This document shows, piece after piece, positions 1-10,947 of a stretch of 64,000 nucleotides of DNA. Below the pieces are notes generated by a model. It saw only the letters and a program-made list of their open reading frames with translations. It searched no databases and was not told the DNA's origin. Numbering within the stretch: the first letter of the stretch is position 1; each line of letters starts with the position of its first letter. This DNA comes from an uncultured virus (IMG/VR IMGVR_UViG_3300035520_000906) (taxonomy: Duplodnaviria; Heunggongvirae; Uroviricota; Caudoviricetes), in IMG/VR virus record IMGVR_UViG_3300035520_000906; one strand, given 5' to 3'. Position numbers and translations under genes: made by a program.

Positions 1-2273
1 TGCAGTTCACCTGCTAATGCATCACCTAATGATTTTGGTGACCCATATCCTGCTACATAGTTTCTTACAGGCACTACATCTTCGAGTTTAGATGTCTGTC
101 CGTCTATTGCTAGTGTCCTTACACCATACTTTCTCTCAAGTTTCCAAAATGCTCCAGCCATATCAGGCTTGTAGTCTAGATATACTACTGGACATTTTGC
201 AGCTAACATAGATGCTAATAAACTCATTGTTAGAACACCCTTACCAGAACGAGTTCCTGCTACAACACCTATTGATACGTATGAATTATTATCTAGGTTA
301 AATTCAACTGGATTCCCACTTAAGTCTGTTCCTACTATTGTATGTGATAAGTCTATTGATCCTCCAGATTGTATAACTTTGCCTAGTGTCTTATATGCAA
401 AGTTTATCTCGCCTCTGTACTTATCCTTGTTAGTTACTACAAGTGACTGAAGTACTCCACCTTTTATGTCGTCACCCATAATCTCATATTCACTTAAATC
501 CTTATTTAATGGATTTGAATTTATAATTGTCTTTGTTAATTCTACAAGTTTATTATTTTTACTTAATGATGTACTGTATGCTGTTATTCTAAATGCTTTT
601 TCTACATCAAATTCGTTCACCATAAATATTGTTGTGTACAATTCTTGTATGGATGTCATTGCAGTTTTTAATACAGCATCATTATTACTATTTATTCTCT
701 TTAGTAAAGCTAAAATTGTTGGTTTGAACTCAACATTAAGTTTTGACTTAAACTCACTCCATGTTTTCGCTCTTTTCAGTAATCCTGTCTCTTTATCTCT
801 GTAAACTCCCATAGAGTTTCTTACTTGAATATGTGGAGCATAATTATATTCAAGTGTTCCATCACTATGCATCCATCCAGCTTTGATATCCATTCCATCA
901 TCACCAACTTTTGGAGCTTCTCTTATGTCTTGCCCAGCAAGATTTCTTATTGCTTCATACATTGGTGCTATGAATATTCTTATCTTTTTAAGCTCATGTA
1001 CTTTTACACCAGTACCTGTATCAGCACTACCTACTGACATTATGCTGTATTTCTTTGTTTCATTGTTATAAAACATAACACCTTTTGGTGGATTTTGAAA
1101 TAATGGTCCATATATTTTTGAGTATATGTTCATTATATTTGATATTGTATTATTTACATAGTACTCAAGTTCATCATCTGGTAGTCTATCTTCTTCTGTT
1201 AGATCATCTGCTGTACCAGATACTTTGCCATCTTTAAGTTCTTTCTGTCTCTTTTCTTCCTTTTCCTGTTCTTTTTTCTCTATTTCTTGTTGTGACTCTA
1301 CTTCATTTCCGTTTTCATCTAATAATAATCCACCATCTTCATTGGATGCTCCATCATATTTTTCGGATGTGTCTGAAGGTGATATTTCATTTCCATTTTC
1401 ATCAAGTACAAAGTCACCTGCATCCCCAGTTGCGTCTTCAGAAGTTTCCTCAGTTGTTTCCTCTGAACCTACTTCGTTACCGTTTTCATCAAGTATGATG
1501 CCCTCATCATCAGAAAAATCAGATTCTTCTGTTGTCTCAGATTCTTCTGTTGTTTCAGTCTCATCTGTTGCTTCTGTTTCTTCTTGTGACGATTCATCTA
1601 ATGCTTCTGCTGTTGTTGCTTCTTGTGCTGGTTGCTCAGCTGAAAAGTCATCCATTACAGGTGCTGCTTCTTCTACTTGTGTTGGTTGTTCAGTAGATTC
1701 CTTCTCCAAACTTACTGATGGAGCTACTGGTGTCTCTTCTTGTGCTGGCTCATCAAAAAGTTTAGCTGTAAGATTTTTAATCTCATCAGTAGAATCTGGT
1801 ATACTAGCTGCATCTGTTAACTCAACTGCTTCTTTCTCTGTTATGGTCTTCATACCAAATGTTTTAATTGCATTTGATATGTCATTACCTTTGATTGTAT
1901 CAGCTACCTGTATACCATGTTCAGGCATCCATGAATGTAATTCTGAATACATTTTCTTGAATGCATTAGTATCTCTATTTCCACCGTTATTCTTAACTAC
2001 CAACTGCAGCATATTATTCAGATTTTTATAAGATGATATTGTAATTGGCTTACTTCCAGACATTAAAGTTAAGAATAATGTTCTATTCATAAATACACTG
2101 TAATTAGATGCATTATTTGAAATAAATTCTTTATCTCCATTAACTTTTGCACTTATTAAATCATCATAGCGTTTTAATATAATATCTCTGTATTGTTCTG
2201 GTAAATGCATTGCAATATTTGCAGTATTTACACAGTTTAACAGAACTTGTTCAGATGTTGTAATATTATCCAT
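1..2273 (-). CDS. Large P-loop ATPase, FtsK/HerA/VirB4-like (runs off left edge; absent from ORF track)
   Basis: ATG at 2273 (MDNITTSEQVLLNC...). In-frame Walker A IGVVAGTRSGKG near 240-270, followed by VVYLDYKPD. Acidic linker with three LDENGNE repeats. Confidence 0.7.
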   Translation of the reverse strand, partial: MDNITTSEQVLLNCVNTANIAMHLPEQYRDIILKRYDDLISAKVNGDKEFISNNASNYSVFMNRTLFLTLMSGSKPITISSYKNLNNMLQLVVKNNGGNRDTNAFKKMYSELHSWMPEHGIQVADTIKGNDISNAIKTFGMKTITEKEAVELTDAASIPDSTDEIKNLTAKLFDEPAQEETPVAPSVSLEKESTEQPTQVEEAAPVMDDFSAEQPAQEATTAEALDESSQEETEATDETETTEESETTEESDFSDDEGIILDENGNEVGSEETTEETSEDATGDAGDFVLDENGNEISPSDTSEKYDGASNEDGGLLLDENGNEVESQQEIEKKEQEKEEKRQKELKDGKVSGTADDLTEEDRLPDDELEYYVNNTISNIMNIYSKIYGPLFQNPPKGVMFYNNETKKYSIMSVGSADTGTGVKVHELKKIRIFIAPMYEAIRNLAGQDIREAPKVGDDGMDIKAGWMHSDGTLEYNYAPHIQVRNSMGVYRDKETGLLKRAKTWSEFKSKLNVEFKPTILALLKRINSNNDAVLKTAMTSIQELYTTIFMVNEFDVEKAFRITAYSTSLSKNNKLVELTKTIINSNPLNKDLSEYEIMGDDIKGGVLQSLVVTNKDKYRGEINFAYKTLGKVIQSGGSIDLSHTIVGTDLSGNPVEFNLDNNSYVSIGVVAGTRSGKGVLTMSLLASMLAAKCPVVYLDYKPDMAGAFWKLERKYGVRTLAIDGQTSKLEDVVPVRNYVAGYGSPKSLGDALAGEL

Positions 2274-2291
2274 TGCTCTTACCCCTTTATA

Positions 2292-3542
2292 TTATAAGTC
2301 AATATTTAGCATTTGTGCTATTCTACTTCTGTTTGGCTTCGTAAAATGCCTGAGTATTTTTGTAATCTCTTGTTTAGATAAACCACAACCGTTGTATGCG
2401 AATACTAATGCTTGTTTCATATCGCCCTTACTGTGTCCATCTTTTGTGGTTTCCTCTGCCTCTAATTCCAATAGTCTCTTCTCCAATTCTCCCATGGATA
2501 TTGTTGATTCATCTATTGCATCGGCACCATCTTTCTTATTGTAGCTGTCTATTCTTATCTGAGTAACTTTATCCTTATATGATGCTGCATAAGTTGCTAA
2601 TATATCAGAGTCAAATTTGTAAATTGAACTGTCTACTGTAAAATCAGATGATGGATTTCTTACACTCTTTGTTAAGTCACCTCTAACAACACATGTATTA
2701 CCACTCTCAATGATTTCCTTGTTTACTTCATACCATGTGTTATAAGGATTACCAGATTGTTCATTTATACCAGGTACTGGATGCATATATCCCTTAATGT
2801 TTGGATTATTTATAATCTGATCCAGATTAGATATAAATGTTATCTCTCTTAATCTTGGAAACTTCTTTCTAACATCCTCATGTGCACCTACACTTTGACT
2901 TTTAAATAAGTTTATCATTAACTGATTATTAAAAATTGACTGTGTTGGATAATTAATAAAGGTTCTTGCTATCTGTGCTGGTGAGTTTCCTCTTGTAAGG
3001 TCTGAACAATCCTTACTAATCTCTTGTGATAACAAAACACTCCAGTCAAAATATATCTCTTCAACGTTTGAACAAGTATATGGATAAGTTGCAAAATTAA
3101 ACTTACCTTCTATCACATATTCATTAGGCATCTGAGCACCTTTATTGATTGCTCTTTCCATATTGTACTTGTGCATATCTTCGTTGTAATTTATTATCTT
3201 CAATGCTATATCATATAATGACATACCAGATGCTGGGTCTTTTACTGCTGTTCTTGCCCATCTCTGACCAGGCTTTCCACTTAATATTGGCCCAGTATGA
3301 TATTCCACTGTAACACTCTTACATGTTATGAATATTCTTTTAATATTTCTTGGAGAGTTATAATTTGATTTTGACTGCTTTATATATGTTTCATCAGTTG
3401 CAGCCTTAGATGACTCCTCTCCACCCTCTGATGCTCCCTTATATCCATCTATCTTTGGATATAATGTATACCCATTACTTGACTTTGGTTTGTGTAAGTT
3501 TGTACTTATACAACTATTCAATGTTACTCTCTTTATTGCCAT
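2292..3542 (-). CDS. Hypothetical protein
   Basis: Long ORF; GGAGG RBS favours the start at MAIKR (3542). Confidence 0.75.
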   Translation of the reverse strand: MAIKRVTLNSCISTNLHKPKSSNGYTLYPKIDGYKGASEGGEESSKAATDETYIKQSKSNYNSPRNIKRIFITCKSVTVEYHTGPILSGKPGQRWARTAVKDPASGMSLYDIALKIINYNEDMHKYNMERAINKGAQMPNEYVIEGKFNFATYPYTCSNVEEIYFDWSVLLSQEISKDCSDLTRGNSPAQIARTFINYPTQSIFNNQLMINLFKSQSVGAHEDVRKKFPRLREITFISNLDQIINNPNIKGYMHPVPGINEQSGNPYNTWYEVNKEIIESGNTCVVRGDLTKSVRNPSSDFTVDSSIYKFDSDILATYAASYKDKVTQIRIDSYNKKDGADAIDESTISMGELEKRLLELEAEETTKDGHSKGDMKQALVFAYNGCGLSKQEITKILRHFTKPNRSRIAQMLNIDL

Positions 3543-3558
3543 TGTTATAACCTCCAAA

Positions 3559-3951
3559 TTATTGTTTTATAGCTTTTCCATCTTTGTCAAAGTTCACATA
3601 TAAACTTCTAAACTTCTCTGTATCTTCTGGTTCCTTTAAATCATCCAGCTGTTTAAGTAATAATTCTTTATCGTTGAATACTTTATTTATTCTTTGTTTC
3701 CTTTTTCTTAAAAGCTGATCTTTTTGCTTCTGTTGTTTTTCTTGCTGTTTCTTCTTTTCTTCCTGTTGCTCTTTTTCAATTTTCCTATGTTTATACCAAT
3801 ATTTGTGATATTTCAGTATATATTTTATAAGTATTAGTCCCACAAGTACAATGAGTACAGGTGATATTATTTTTATTATAACTGCAAATAACTCTGCTTT
3901 GTTTAAAATATCTGATGCACTTCCAATGTGCCCTGCTTCATCTATACCCAT
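3559..3951 (-). CDS. Single-pass membrane protein
   Basis: Hydrophobic segment followed by a K/Q-rich charged region. Confidence 0.7.
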   Translation of the reverse strand: MGIDEAGHIGSASDILNKAELFAVIIKIISPVLIVLVGLILIKYILKYHKYWYKHRKIEKEQQEEKKKQQEKQQKQKDQLLRKRKQRINKVFNDKELLLKQLDDLKEPEDTEKFRSLYVNFDKDGKAIKQ

Positions 3952-3965
3952 TTATGTTTCCTCTT

Positions 3966-5321
3966 TTAATAATATGATATTTTACATCCTTTTGGAAAAG
4001 CATTCTCTGCAACTGATGTTTCTTTACTTATAAACACTTCTTCCAGTTTGTTGCATCCAGCAAATGCTCCATTCTGTATTTTTGCTACATTATCTGGAAA
4101 ATGAATAATTCTCAATGATTTACAATCTTTAAAAGCGTCTGCTCTTATATATAACTTTATATTTTCTTCATTAAGATCATGTATATCTTCTTTTTCAAAA
4201 ATTATCTCTGATAATTTTGAACAGCCACTGAATGCTCCAGGTGCTACTCTATTTAACTGTGCTGGTATTCTTAATATTTTTAGTCTGTTACATTCCTTAA
4301 ATGCACATGGTCCTATTATTCTTATATATTCTGACAACTTAATATCTTCAAGTTTAGAGCAGTATGCAAATGCATGTGACTTAACTAATCGTGCTCTATA
4401 TAAGCTCACTTTTTCTATGTTTGTTCCCTCAAATGCATGTTCTTCAATTACAGTTGCATTAGTTCTTACAATTCCTTTTAACAATGAATCTGCAAAAGCA
4501 TATTCACATATTGTATCTTCTGCCCCAGACATTGATATTTCTTTCAAAGCTGAATTATAAAAGCATCTTGATGGTATCTCTTTTATTCCTTTCCCCATCT
4601 TAATCTTATATAAATCATCTATATTACTGAAGCAACCAGTTCCAAGTAATTTTATTGAATCAGGTATAATTACTTCATTTACTCCGCCTTTGAATCTGTA
4701 CAGTTCTGTTATACCCTCTGGAAGTACTGCCCTTCCACTACCATAGTTATGTTCCAATGTATTTACTACTATATCATTTTCTCCAAGTGATTTTATTGAT
4801 ATGCCCCACTCATCACTGTAATTGTTCATAAAATCACCTTGTAATGATGATACTTTAGCTAATTGTTGTCTGTTCTGGTCATACACATATAGTAAGTATT
4901 CTCCATTATTATTTACTATCTCACCATTATAAACTCTGAAGTCTTTTAGCTTTATTCCTGTGAGTTTCTCTAAATCATATACTGTTGCTTTATTTCCAAA
5001 TATAACGTCTGTTCCTGAATCCATTACAAATGAAATATATGGACCTTGTGTACCAGTTATTATGCAGTACTGATTTACTGCTATGTTATCTTTAACAACT
5101 CTATTGAAGTAGTTTATTCTTTGTTGTGGATTCATGTTTTTCATTCTTAAATTTCTTGATGAGTCTAATTCCACATTTTCTATTAGACCTGGCATGACTT
5201 TTACTGCTGCCTTGATATTTTCCCATTTCATGTCTCGCCACTCGTGTGTAGTTTCATTTACAACTTTAGCCCCTAAGATTTTGTTTGTGTCCTTATTTTT
5301 GTATAGTCTAACTACATACAT
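3966..5321 (-). CDS. BspA-type leucine-rich repeat (LRR_5) protein with N-terminal module
   Basis: Repeats such as IGPCAFKECNRLKILRIP and IQNGAFAGCNKLEEVFI. Confidence 0.9.
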   Translation of the reverse strand: MYVVRLYKNKDTNKILGAKVVNETTHEWRDMKWENIKAAVKVMPGLIENVELDSSRNLRMKNMNPQQRINYFNRVVKDNIAVNQYCIITGTQGPYISFVMDSGTDVIFGNKATVYDLEKLTGIKLKDFRVYNGEIVNNNGEYLLYVYDQNRQQLAKVSSLQGDFMNNYSDEWGISIKSLGENDIVVNTLEHNYGSGRAVLPEGITELYRFKGGVNEVIIPDSIKLLGTGCFSNIDDLYKIKMGKGIKEIPSRCFYNSALKEISMSGAEDTICEYAFADSLLKGIVRTNATVIEEHAFEGTNIEKVSLYRARLVKSHAFAYCSKLEDIKLSEYIRIIGPCAFKECNRLKILRIPAQLNRVAPGAFSGCSKLSEIIFEKEDIHDLNEENIKLYIRADAFKDCKSLRIIHFPDNVAKIQNGAFAGCNKLEEVFISKETSVAENAFPKGCKISYY

Positions 5322-5524
5322 GTCATCCAGTCTCCTTTTAAAATAACAATAATTTTTATTACTATTGAATACTAAGTATTTTTTATAGTCGATTAATGTT
5401 TTCTAACTAGTTAATTTTGTGTTTACTAATATTACCTATTTTAAAATTTCGACCTTTATCATCAACTATTTTAATGCCAAAATTATTAAAAATGTTAGTA
5501 ACTTTATATACTGTTTACACATAT

Positions 5525-5558
5525 AAAAATCTGACCAACATTTTATATTGGTCAGATT
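5525..5558 (-). terminator. Intrinsic terminator
   Basis: AATCTGACCAA/TTGGTCAGATT stem followed by a T-run on the minus strand. Confidence 0.7.
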
Positions 5559-5568
5559 ACTTTTACTA

Positions 5569-6429
5569 TTAGATACTCAACACATTATCTCCTGTACTCA
5601 TATCTGCTACAACTCCGCCAGATTCTTTAATTGGCTGTACTTGCTCTTGTTCTGGGTATTCTTCAATTTCTTCTGTGTCTTCAGGTTGTTCAGTTGCTAC
5701 TTTATCTTCGTAGTCGTAAACCTTTCCACTCTCACCTTGTAAGTAAACACCTTTTGTTGCTATGTAGTGTTTTTTAACAGTACTTACATCACCATTCATC
5801 TCTAAATGATATACATGACTGTTAGGAATAATAAATCCATGATCATTTACTATAAACTGAAATCCGATCTCTGTAAAACTCCATAATATATCTGCTACAA
5901 CCTCTCTATTATGAACAGACAAACCTGAAATTATCTCGTCCATTACTAATATTCTTCTGCTACCTGTAATTACTATCAGACTTAAAATACTTAGTAATGA
6001 TACTATCTGTGCAAGTCCATGTCCAGAATCAGACTTAAGACTCCTTGTCTTTCCATTTCCTACGTGCAATACTAATTCCAACTGTGGATATTGATTATTT
6101 CTTATGTATTCCTTAATTTCTATCTTTCTAGTTGTATTAGCAAACATTCTTTCTAATGCTGCATTTAAGCTAGATTCTAGGAAACTATAAGCTTGACTTA
6201 CTGCTTCATCACTTACTTCTCTAAGTATCTCGATTGCATGTGATGCAATATCCAGAGCTTCTTTATTACTTTTGTTAGCCTCCATAATTCTGTTAATGGT
6301 TGCTTCCATCTGTTCCTTACTTCTTATAGCTGCTGTATTTTCAACTTCTATTTCATTTGCCATACTTATGAATGCATTTACTTTCTGTCTTAATTCATTT
6401 ATGTTAATTTGACTTGTTGTACTATCCAT
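5569..6429 (-). CDS. SbcC/Rad50-like ATPase, C-terminal half
   Basis: Short coiled coil, signature-like SDSGHG, Walker B/D-loop ILVMDEIISGLS, H-loop IVNDH; no Walker A. Confidence 0.75.
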   Translation of the reverse strand: MDSTTSQININELRQKVNAFISMANEIEVENTAAIRSKEQMEATINRIMEANKSNKEALDIASHAIEILREVSDEAVSQAYSFLESSLNAALERMFANTTRKIEIKEYIRNNQYPQLELVLHVGNGKTRSLKSDSGHGLAQIVSLLSILSLIVITGSRRILVMDEIISGLSVHNREVVADILWSFTEIGFQFIVNDHGFIIPNSHVYHLEMNGDVSTVKKHYIATKGVYLQGESGKVYDYEDKVATEQPEDTEEIEEYPEQEQVQPIKESGGVVADMSTGDNVLSI

Positions 6430-6451
6430 TATTTTTATGTATCCTTTCTAT

Positions 6452-6931
6452 TTACTCTGCTTTATATATTATTCCAGATAAATTAGCTTCGTCACTGCTT
6501 GATATGTATATTGTATACTTTATTTCATCATATGTTACATTTATCAATTTTCCATACAATATACAGTCTTCTTTTGTTTTCTCTAATGTGTGTAATTTTT
6601 CATTTGTATCATCAACAACGAATACATTGTTTGAATCAGTTACTTTTATGTTTATTTCACCAGAACTATTTGTTGCTGTAATATCTGATGTTGTTAATGC
6701 TTTTATATTATAAGTTGTTGTGCTTGTGTCTATTGTTTCTCTCTTTCCAAATATTGATATAGACACTAAATAAACTACCAAAAGTATTTCAATTACTGTC
6801 ATAACTTTCTTTATGCCAAATAGTCTATGCCTTATTTTAATACCTAAGTTACAAGACATATCTATTGCAGCACCTAATAATAAAACTGTTACTAATGCAA
6901 GAGCTACTGTTGTTGCCTTTAATGTAATCAT
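6452..6931 (-). CDS. Membrane protein (2 TM)
   Basis: Two hydrophobic N-terminal segments. Confidence 0.65.
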   Translation of the reverse strand: MITLKATTVALALVTVLLLGAAIDMSCNLGIKIRHRLFGIKKVMTVIEILLVVYLVSISIFGKRETIDTSTTTYNIKALTTSDITATNSSGEINIKVTDSNNVFVVDDTNEKLHTLEKTKEDCILYGKLINVTYDEIKYTIYISSSDEANLSGIIYKAE

Positions 6932-6986
6932 GTTATTCTATCCTTATAAATTTTCTTTTTTTATATTTTTGTGCTTACTCTTATGT

Positions 6987-7868
6987 CTATATTCCAAAAT
7001 CTGATAGTTCTAATTGTTTGTATATGTTATGTGCACTTTCTGCTAGTGCTCTTAATTCTAATTCTTCTGCTGTTGCTTTCCAATTTATACCACCAGCCTC
7101 TTCTATGTCATATCCATAAAATTCAGCTAGTCCATATTGGTCACTTTTCTTTGTTACACTAATTATCTTATTGTTATCAACTTTTAACCTTGTGCCAGTT
7201 TGATGAAAACTAAAAGGTACCTCATATTCTATACACTGTTGCTGAATATCTTTTACCCATGCTAGGTCAAGTTCTCTTGCTAATCCATCGTAACCCATAT
7301 AACTTTCGCCACCAACACTCACATGTTCTATTAAACCTGAGCTTAAGTATGGTCTTATGTCCATTTGCTCTAACATTGGCTCAATTACTATTCCCATGTG
7401 TTTTATTGGTAAATCTAGCAGTATTGGTACTCTTTCCCATGCCCTATTTTCATTCTCTGTTGTAACATCAATTATTACATTATGCCACCCATCTAACCAG
7501 TTATCAGGTAAACATTGTTCTATACGTTCTGGTCTTTTTGTAATGATTTCAAATAAACAATCACTTCGTTCATGTATATAATTCCAAGCATCTTTTCTCC
7601 ATATATCAGCTTCTTCTATAAAGAAATCTGATGAAAGACAAGTCATTATATGACTTCCACTTGGAACTTTATATTCCAGCTCATATTTCTCATATCTCTT
7701 ATTATCTTTTATTCGTACTCTCTGTACTGGTAATCTGAATCCTGACCTTGTTTGTGTTACTCTACTACTGTCTCTACCATAATTTTTGTCCATTTCATAC
7801 ATGTAACATCTAAGGCAGCCTTCACTACATTTATGACAACCATGCCATGGATTCCATATAATTGACAT
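6987..7868 (-). CDS. DUF5131 / phage Gp37-Gp68 family (radical SAM-like)
   Basis: WNPWHGCHKCSEGCLRCY, SDFF, TKRPER, EPML, VGGES. Confidence 0.9.
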   Translation of the reverse strand: MSIIWNPWHGCHKCSEGCLRCYMYEMDKNYGRDSSRVTQTRSGFRLPVQRVRIKDNKRYEKYELEYKVPSGSHIMTCLSSDFFIEEADIWRKDAWNYIHERSDCLFEIITKRPERIEQCLPDNWLDGWHNVIIDVTTENENRAWERVPILLDLPIKHMGIVIEPMLEQMDIRPYLSSGLIEHVSVGGESYMGYDGLARELDLAWVKDIQQQCIEYEVPFSFHQTGTRLKVDNNKIISVTKKSDQYGLAEFYGYDIEEAGGINWKATAEELELRALAESAHNIYKQLELSDFGI

Positions 7869-7889
7869 TTCTATATGCCTCCTATGTTA

Positions 7890-8696
7890 CTAAAAATTAT
7901 AATCTGCCATTAAATCAATTTGTTTAAAGTTTAATTCTCTTTCTTTCCTAAGTTTCAATCTATCTTTTCTTGAAAACTTCTTATTTAATCCTGCCTTTTC
8001 TGCTTGTTCCCAAGTCTTATCATTTGGTATTCTATAAACTGTCCCGTTCATTCTTAAAAAATTACCTGTTTCAGAGAACACAAAACTGACCTTATTATCA
8101 ATACATTGCTGTCTTAAATCTGTTACCCAGCTATAATCTAAAATACAAGCATAATCTGAATAGGCTTCACCACAAACCATCACTTCATCTATTTCTCCAG
8201 TACTTAGGTACTTTTCCAAGTTCATGTGCTCAAGCATTGGTGATACTGCTATTGCCCTCCACTTACATGGAATTTCTAAGAACTGTGGTATTCTTTCATC
8301 TGCTCTTCTTTGATTTTCTGCTGTTACTGTCAATAACACATTACTGTATCCATCACCCCAATCAGATGGTAAGTACTCTCTTACCCTTTCTATCCTCTTT
8401 GTATATATTAAGAACTTTACGTCTGACCGTTCTTTTATCATTGACCATACTTCTTCTCTCCACTGATCTGCTTCTTCTACAAAGAAATCTGATGTAAAGC
8501 AAGTTCTCAAATAGTGCCCTTTATATTTATATGTGCCATTCTTACATCTTTGTACTGGATAATCAAACATTGTTGGTGACTTTTTCACTATTGTTGGGTT
8601 TATTCCTCGTGCCTCATCTAATACATGCATGTAGCAGTTTTTGCAACCCTCTGAATATTTATGACAACCATGCCATGGATTCCATTGAAAAGCCAT
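7890..8696 (-). CDS. DUF5131 / phage Gp37-Gp68 family, tandem paralog
   Basis: WNPWHGCHKYSEGCKNCY, TSDFF, TKRIER, VTAENQ. Confidence 0.9.
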   Translation of the reverse strand: MAFQWNPWHGCHKYSEGCKNCYMHVLDEARGINPTIVKKSPTMFDYPVQRCKNGTYKYKGHYLRTCFTSDFFVEEADQWREEVWSMIKERSDVKFLIYTKRIERVREYLPSDWGDGYSNVLLTVTAENQRRADERIPQFLEIPCKWRAIAVSPMLEHMNLEKYLSTGEIDEVMVCGEAYSDYACILDYSWVTDLRQQCIDNKVSFVFSETGNFLRMNGTVYRIPNDKTWEQAEKAGLNKKFSRKDRLKLRKERELNFKQIDLMADYNF

Positions 8697-8737
8697 ATTT
8701 TCATTCTCCTGCTGTGTTTTACTTTATTATTGTTTAT

Positions 8738-9565
8738 TTAAAAGTTGTAGTCCATTGGTTTCCAAAAAACCTCATCATTGCATGTGCTCATAAGCTTATT
8801 ATACTCTGCTATACTATATTTATCGTCATCTATATAAACTGTTTTTATGTTTGTATTGTCTAAACTACATATCTTTTGAATTGAACTACTGATTTTTAAT
8901 ACTTCTATACCGCTTGAGTTAAATGTTTTATCCTGTATTGTGTCTAAATATATACAGTTTCTTAAATCCAATATCTTAAGTGATTCACAACCTACAAATG
9001 CTTGTGACCCTATATATATCAAACTACTATTTTCTGCAAAGTTTACTACTTCTAACTTTTTATATAATGCAAAAGTTAATGGTGCTATTACTGTTACACT
9101 GTATGGAATGTTTATAAATCTTAAGTTATTCATTCCATATTGATTGTATCCAAACTCTGTTCCATCTTTATCTCCTATGCTTTCTACTTCTTCAACAAAT
9201 GATGGAATACTAAACTCCATTGCTCGATGACCAGATATGTCTTTTAGCTTCATAGAATTTATAGTAAACTTAACATGTTCCCAAGGCATTATATCTGAAT
9301 GCCCAATGCTAATACAATCTATATAAGACTGCATTTGTAATCCTTGATATGTATTTTTATTACTTAAGAACTTGTTTGCCATTTCTATATAGCTTGCACT
9401 ATCTTCTTGAAAGGATGTGTCATTACTGCTATCATGTAATAAAAAGTCAAACTCATGATTATCTTCCACATCACTATCTGTCGTTTCAGATATTGTCTCT
9501 ATCTCTGGTTCCAGTTGCTCTTGTTCTTCTATAAGGAACTCAAATTCATCCATAATGTTACTCAT
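8738..9565 (-). CDS. BspA-type LRR protein with acidic N-terminus
   Basis: IGSQAFVGCESLKILDL and related repeats. Confidence 0.8.
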   Translation of the reverse strand: MSNIMDEFEFLIEEQEQLEPEIETISETTDSDVEDNHEFDFLLHDSSNDTSFQEDSASYIEMANKFLSNKNTYQGLQMQSYIDCISIGHSDIMPWEHVKFTINSMKLKDISGHRAMEFSIPSFVEEVESIGDKDGTEFGYNQYGMNNLRFINIPYSVTVIAPLTFALYKKLEVVNFAENSSLIYIGSQAFVGCESLKILDLRNCIYLDTIQDKTFNSSGIEVLKISSSIQKICSLDNTNIKTVYIDDDKYSIAEYNKLMSTCNDEVFWKPMDYNF

Positions 9566-9634
9566 ATTATTTATTGTCCTTTAAATAAAATTAAAATATA
9601 TTACATATATAATATAGTCTTATTTTATGAGTAT

Positions 9635-9671
9635 AAAAATGGGTTGAACCTACAACAGTGCTCAACCCATT
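9635..9671 (-). terminator. Intrinsic terminator
   Basis: AATGGGTTGA/TCAACCCATT stem plus T-run. Confidence 0.65.
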
Positions 9672-9790
9672 ACTTATTCTATTTCTGTTTTTCTGTAAAT
9701 TCATTTTTCTAGTTGATATTATATTTTATATACTAAATTTGAAAATTACTTCTAAAACACTTTTATTTATCTCTCAACTATATTTAATTT

Positions 9791-10945
9791 TTATAGCAGT
9801 AATGTGCTTTCCAAATAAGATATAACAATTAAATAGTTCATTGTTACTGTCATTTTTTCAATTGCTTCATCATTATTTAAACATGTTCCTATTATAACTC
9901 CATTCGGTGTATCTGATGAACTTGAAAACAAATTTATATCAAGTATGCTATCTGCTTTTTCTGCTTGGTTCAATATTATACTTGTATAAGTACTAAATTC
10001 AACATCACTGTACTTTTCAACTATTTCATCCTTATTTGATATAAAGCCTTCAAGTGATTTGTCTATTGTCTCAACTTCAGTTTCCTCTTCAACCTCTGTT
10101 GTTTCAACTTCTGTTGACTCTGTATCTTCTGTGTTATCCTCTATGTCTCCAGCAACTACTATTTTTCCACTCTTAGTTGTTGATGCTCCACCATTATAAA
10201 CTATCTGATAAGTACTTCCGTTATCCTCTGATTCTGTTTCTACAATTGACTTTAATATACTTAACTGATAACTTATACTTTTGCTTGAGTCAATCCAATT
10301 ATCTATTGATAACACATCATCTGATACTGCTAAATTATATTTTTTACTTTTTGAATAATTTTGTAAATTGCTTAATAAATTACTTGTATAATCAACTCTA
10401 TGCTGATTCATTACTGTATCGAGTTTTACTATACTATATCCTCCGCCAACACTATTTCTACCACTTTTAACTTTACTTGGATTCAAAGGATTAAATTCTT
10501 TATCAATATTGTTTATTATTGATTCCTCTGTTTGTATTGCTTTATCTTTGCTGACTGTTGTTTTTACAGTGTATATACTACTTGTATTTGTAACATCATC
10601 AACGATTTCTACTAGTTTTTTGGAGTCTTCATCATATCTAAACAATATGTATATTCCGTTTTCTTCATCAGACAACTGTATATAATTACCTTCGTCCGAG
10701 TTGTCATTTGCCAGTAATTCATAAGCACTGCTATAACTTAATGTATATCCATATTTATCTGCTATGTGTTCAAATAAACTTCTCTCTAATAATGATGTGT
10801 AGTTAGCTATTACCATAAAGCACATAATAACTAAAACTAATACAGCTGTTATTAAAAGACTTATTACTTTTCTAGTATAGTATTCTTGTTCATATGTACT
10901 TAACCTACCACGCTTTCCTATCTCCATTACTTTTATTTTCTCCAA
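9791..10945 (-). CDS. Membrane-anchored acidic protein
   Basis: N-terminal TM segment, S/T/E-rich ectodomain. Confidence 0.7.
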   Translation of the reverse strand: MEKIKVMEIGKRGRLSTYEQEYYTRKVISLLITAVLVLVIMCFMVIANYTSLLERSLFEHIADKYGYTLSYSSAYELLANDNSDEGNYIQLSDEENGIYILFRYDEDSKKLVEIVDDVTNTSSIYTVKTTVSKDKAIQTEESIINNIDKEFNPLNPSKVKSGRNSVGGGYSIVKLDTVMNQHRVDYTSNLLSNLQNYSKSKKYNLAVSDDVLSIDNWIDSSKSISYQLSILKSIVETESEDNGSTYQIVYNGGASTTKSGKIVVAGDIEDNTEDTESTEVETTEVEEETEVETIDKSLEGFISNKDEIVEKYSDVEFSTYTSIILNQAEKADSILDINLFSSSSDTPNGVIIGTCLNNDEAIEKMTVTMNYLIVISYLESTLLL

Positions 10946-10947
10946 GT

